A stretch of DNA of 54,815 nucleotides, counting the filler, from Sphacelaria rigidula (lineage: Eukaryota), in the NCBI GenBank assembly GCA_964200075.2. It is 3 parts of 3 records of this genome, joined end to end, with 100 filler letters (N's around TTAATTAATTAA, not from the genome) between each part and the next. Parts side by side here need not be neighbours in the genome. Positions count along the whole stretch, not along the records: positions 36,615 to 54,815 come from CAXNAA020000897.1; 2 more parts are not named here. One strand, given 5' to 3'. Shown piece by piece: positions 51,901 to 54,815 of this stretch. A model generated the notes under the pieces. That model was not told the DNA's origin. It worked only from the letters and a program-made list of their open reading frames with translations, and ran no database searches. The first letter of the stretch is position 1, and each line of letters starts with the position of its first letter. Position numbers and translations under genes: made by a program.

Positions 51901-54078
51901 TGGGAAAATGTACAGGCTGAAGGTATTGGAGTCGCTGGGAGGGAAGGAAGTCACCATGGCTAGCAGAGCCCGTAGAGACCGCACAGCTGTCGCACGAACA
52001 ACCGGAACAGGGTCCTCTAGCATCGTCATCGTGTACTAGATAGAGAGGGCGGAAGCAACAGATGCATGGGCATTGTCGGCAAGGGGAGAGCGGAGGTGGG
52101 GGGGGTAGGCGTAAAAAACGTGATTTGTGGGTGAGTGAAAACATCTACTCGGATGAGGACGAGAGATATAGACAGGATCAGTCTATGCACAAGGCCGGAT
52201 ACGTTGCTCGAAAAGCGGAGGGAACACACGAATACCTCAAAGAAAGGGGGGGTGTAATAAAACAATATAACACCAAAAACGGGTGCAGCGCTTTTGAAGA
52301 CGAATTTGATGCTGCGTATCAATGCTTTCGAAGGGAAATATACAAAGAGGGGACTGAGAAATACACGATGGAATGGCACGTAGCACTTGCTTGCCGGGTG
52401 ACATCATCCAGCCCTCGACGAAACCAACACGCCTTAGCAGGTCCTCGAATGCCGTACACGGGCTGCATTTCAATTTAGCCCTGCCATGCGTACGGCCCAC
52501 GACGGGAGGGCGTGGAGGTATTAAACACCCGCGAGCACACACCGCAATACGCAGCATATCATTCTGTGCCAACGGCATGCGGGGGTTGTGAACGTTTGGC
52601 CAGGGTTGGTTGCACTCCCAGTGTAAATAGGCACAAGCAGGCACAAGCACGGCCTCGGCAAACGAAACGTGATAAATCGTAGGGGGCATTTGCACATTGT
52701 CGGCGTAACAATAGCAAGTGACGGCAACGTCAACATGGTGCAAGATGCTAAGCTTGATCATTGATCATGACAATCCATTGTAATCCAAACTTCCCTTCGC
52801 CAGGATAAACATTGCTCGCTCGTTATCAATAAGTATCTCTCCACGTGTGCTCTCCTCAGCGAGCGCAATTATCATCGAGAGGAAAAGCATACAAAAAAAA
52901 GGGGGGGAGAGGGGGGAATAGACGCCAATCACCGCGGCGACAGAAAAAGCTGCGGATGTAAGAACTATGGGCGAGACTCAAGGCCCCAAATACTGCCAAC
53001 CAAAGAACTAAGAATCGCAAGGTTCCATCTTTCGACCTCTCGAGGGACATTTCTACTTGGCGTCGCACGTCGAGTTGGAACTCCGGGTGCCACCCCCTGA
53101 AGCCCGAATGGCCACCAGCGGCATCGGATCTTCTGAGGTTGGCCATATGTACTCTCTTTCTTCTTTATTGTTTATCCCTGTTTTGCTTGTATCGCGTTTT
53201 GTGAGTTTTAATCTGGGTCTATTTTGGTTTTTGGCTTTTTGCTAGCCTGTGACCACGGAAGGCGTCCGCATCAGATACCTAGTACGAATGTACCGCGCAG
53301 ATGTCGGAACGTTTTTTAATGTGAAGACAACAACAATAACAACAACAACAATAACAATAACAACATTTGAAATTGGTTGCACTGCAGCTAAACAAAACAC
53401 ACGAACACTTGGAACACGCACACACATACCCATGAGGAGATTACACTCGCTCCGCGACTTCGAGTTTTGGTTCCGAATACTCCTGCAGTAAAGACGTTCA
53501 ATCGCTTCGAGCTTCGGGTCTGACATTCACCTACAACCCCCACTTCTCTTTCCTTCAAAGCTGACCATCATTCAAAGCCATTTCCTACGCGCGTACAGAC
53601 TCCAATAATACACGCCAAGTCTACTTCTCTACTGCCGAAAAAACTTAACTTCAACTCCCTGCACCGACACCGTTCCAAATCTCTCACCGGCACCAAACGC
53701 TGAAGCCGTGCCTCGTCATCGCAACATCTCCCGAACGCGACCAGCAGATTCAACGCCAGCAGACGGCTACGAGGGTACCGCAGATGCCTCAGGCAGGAAC
53801 ACACCACCTGCACCAGGATGATCAAGCCTCCTTCGACACCCGCCCCCGCGGTTCCACTACCCCCTCCCGTCCCGCCGCTAACCCCGCCCTCGTGGCCGCC
53901 GCCGCCGCCACCGCGCCCGGAATTTTTTAATAATTCTTTACTAGGCAACGCGGATGATGCTGATGCTGCACGGGGCTCGCCCGATGAGGGAAGAGTAGGG
54001 TCTGCCCTTGTCATTGTAGGCGACGAAGGAGGGTTCGGCGTGAGACCAGCCATGGCCTCCACACGCGCGATGAGTGAC
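36717..54078 (-). CDS. VPS15: Phosphoinositide 3-kinase regulatory subunit 4 (VPS15/PIK3R4), partial multi-exon gene lacking its 5' kinase domain and 3' end
   Basis: 15 exons joined by GT-AG introns with consistent phases: 54078-53688, 52035-51892, 50369-50154, 49782-49474, 48684-48413, 47447-47384, 47179-46896, 46116-45954, 45492-45415, 43067-42769, 42223-41817, 40830-40464, 39882-39453, 38246-38103, 36907-36717 (3759 nt). Vps15-typical motifs occur in the expected order: GLIILVQVVCSCLRHL..LQRLVPY..EDPVPVVRA..FPPSD..YIFP, VRIAFAESLASLAETSRRFLE, VKRALL..ITRLCVFFG..ILPQLITFLNDRDWSLRAAF, PLLQHP, and the WD40 start WKPQQGVLVASLREHSGAVNRL..SASSDGTCKVW. Confidence 0.93.
38103..38246 (-). CDS. VPS15: VPS15 exon (WD40)
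   Basis: TAG acceptor, GTATGA donor, 144 nt; VWELRGMDHAVSPQSRATYSGQGGRLVDLCMVDNSHSVASASSDGTVH. Confidence 0.9.
39453..39882 (-). CDS. VPS15: VPS15 exon (start of WD40 domain)
   Basis: CAG acceptor, GTCATT donor; ...DWKPQQGVLVASLREHSGAVNRLALSQDQAFFVSASSDGTCK. Confidence 0.9.
40464..40830 (-). CDS. VPS15: VPS15 exon (linker)
   Basis: GCAG acceptor, GTGAGG donor; LHTDPRDARRAMAIVE...VVRRAKALGVPPLPPNLGAV(R). Confidence 0.82.
41817..42223 (-). CDS. VPS15: VPS15 exon (linker)
   Basis: CAG acceptor, GTCAGT donor; YVDTAAQHAANKLAG...VLASDPSLLQALT. Confidence 0.8.
42769..43067 (-). CDS. VPS15: VPS15 exon (linker)
   Basis: TAG acceptor (exact site uncertain), GTCAGT donor; QDGTGGHHQQRTPS...ATAEEREALVLLK(G). 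Confidence 0.72.
45415..45492 (-). CDS. VPS15: VPS15 exon (78 nt, linker)
   Basis: CAG acceptor, GTGAGA donor, GC-rich, phase 0-0; GLSGSPAGRGAGDRSEDRYGHKGSGM. No conserved motif. Confidence 0.65.
45954..46116 (-). CDS. VPS15: VPS15 exon
   Basis: TAG acceptor, GTGATG donor (an alternative downstream donor is possible); YALAGGTLDETTLLDALRPPVARVVFDAAVAE... Confidence 0.8.
46896..47179 (-). CDS. VPS15: VPS15 exon (HEAT)
   Basis: AAG acceptor, GTATGT donor; VATTRFILPCIENTLVDAREAVVARGLRCLASL...APLLQHPGIAVRAGA...VFLHPVLRPHL(R). Confidence 0.9.
47384..47447 (-). CDS. VPS15: VPS15 exon (64 nt, HEAT)
   Basis: CAG acceptor, GTGAGC donor; (R)DWSLRAAFCDHIPAVCALAGE completes the conserved NDRDW.LR.AF motif. 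Confidence 0.88.
48413..48684 (-). CDS. VPS15: VPS15 exon (HEAT)
   Basis: CAG acceptor, GTGCGC donor; ...VVKRALLADITRLCVFFGFENTLDSILPQLITFLND(R). Confidence 0.9.
49474..49782 (-). CDS. VPS15: VPS15 exon (low-complexity insert plus SYDKEL motif)
   Basis: GTCAGT donor after ...LLEGSYDKELASIRAQ. The acceptor (AAG after a pyrimidine tract) is inferred from phase. Confidence 0.75.
50154..50369 (-). CDS. VPS15: VPS15 exon (HEAT plus poly-Ala)
   Basis: CAG acceptor, GTGGGT donor, 216 nt; RLPSDSSDLVRIAFAESLASLAETSRRFLETSYAMRRAAAAAAAS... Confidence 0.88.
51892..52035 (-). CDS. VPS15: VPS15 exon (HEAT)
   Basis: TAG acceptor, GTGAAG donor, 144 nt; YTMTMLEDPVPVVRATAVRSLRALLAMVTSFPPSDSNTFSLYIFPALQ. This frame is not in the ORF track. 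Confidence 0.9.
52990..53365 (+). mobile_element. 5'-truncated LINE-like 3' end with (CAA)n tail, antisense inside a VPS15 intron
   Basis: T-rich 3'-UTR-like segment, then CCTGTGACCACGG...AATGTGAAGA, then a CAA/TAA repeat tail at 53327-53365. The 5' boundary is approximate. Confidence 0.55.
53688..54078 (-). CDS. VPS15: VPS15 exon (start of HEAT region)
   Basis: CCAG acceptor, GTGAGA donor; encodes ...GGLIILVQVVCSCLRHLRYPRSRLLALNLLVAFGRCCDDEARLQRLVP. Confidence 0.85.
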
Positions 54079-54746
54079 CTGGTGCAGACAGGTGAAGCAC
54101 ATGAAGAGTCATGCAGGTGAGACACATGACTGGTGGACAACTGTTGGAGAAGCCGGCAACTACACATACTTTCAGGCTCGCGTGTGAATGTGCGACCACG
54201 TGTACCTTGTACAATGTGGAGCTCAAGAGTGCTGTTGTCGTCCGTCGTCTTCGGTATTTTTTGTTTTCAAAAGGATTCAGTGACATTACGGGACACGTTC
54301 AAGATACGGGACTTCGATTGCCGGAGTGCTCTTGCTAATAGCGTGAGGGACGTTGGAACCAAGAGGCCATCTGGTGGAGCAGTCGTTGTGAGAACACGGG
54401 TATGGTACACTGTAACAGCTCATCATTCCGTGTCTGGTCTTCACCTCAGCCCCTTGAACCAGAACTGCTGATGGCAGGCGTAAAAATAAATTTAAAAAAG
54501 TAGGAGTCGCCGAGACTTATTATGCTGCCGAACGTCTGGACTGCACGTCGGACGAAGAATGGTGCATACGATGGAGTATAGCTACAAAGCGCTTGAGAAT
54601 AGAATGCGCTACCGTATACTCAATGACAAGATCAAAATACCAAACAAGACAAAAAAAGGCCAACAGCGTCCACTGCATCAATCAACACCCTGCAAAAAAT
54701 GCAACGGCCACCAGTTCCAACAAAAAAAAACACAGCCTCTTCTCTC

Positions 54747-54815
54747 TCCCCCCCCCCCCCCCCCCCCGCCCCCCCCCCCCGCCCCTCCCCCCTCCCCCCC
54801 CCCCCCCCCCCCCCC
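54747..54815. repeat. Poly-C/low-complexity tract at the contig end
   Basis: Directly visible; the probable cause of the assembly break. Confidence 0.9.

Noticed and set aside
13894..54078. Functional clustering of PPR and VPS15
   Set aside because: They lie on different contigs joined artificially.

Overview
Repeat-rich eukaryotic nuclear DNA, probably a brown alga or related stramenopile. That is an inference from the ~50% GC, the ~1-kb GT-AG introns and the style of the repeats. The window is three separate contigs (1-18209, 18310-36514, 36615-54815) joined by identical artificial 100-nt linkers (N44-TTAATTAATTAA-N44), so no synteny should be read across them. Contig 1 carries an intronless P-type pentatricopeptide-repeat (PPR) gene (13894-15537, +). 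It sits among decayed LINE fragments, tRNA-derived SINE-like repeats and TIR elements with internal tandem arrays. Contig 2 is almost entirely transposon debris: a degenerate Ty1/copia-like gag region, minisatellites, and a foldback-like structure with inverted arms built from ~189-bp modules. Contig 3 holds the central part of a VPS15/PIK3R4 gene on the minus strand. I could chain 15 phase-consistent exons (~1250 codons; HEAT repeats, linker and first WD40 repeats). The kinase N-terminus and the WD40 C-terminus lie outside the contig. I see no prokaryotic genes, CRISPR array or true tRNA/rRNA gene, and no clearly new biological system. The most unusual items are the modular foldback-like element, the PPR array with non-canonical recognition residues, and the heavily expanded low-complexity inserts in VPS15.
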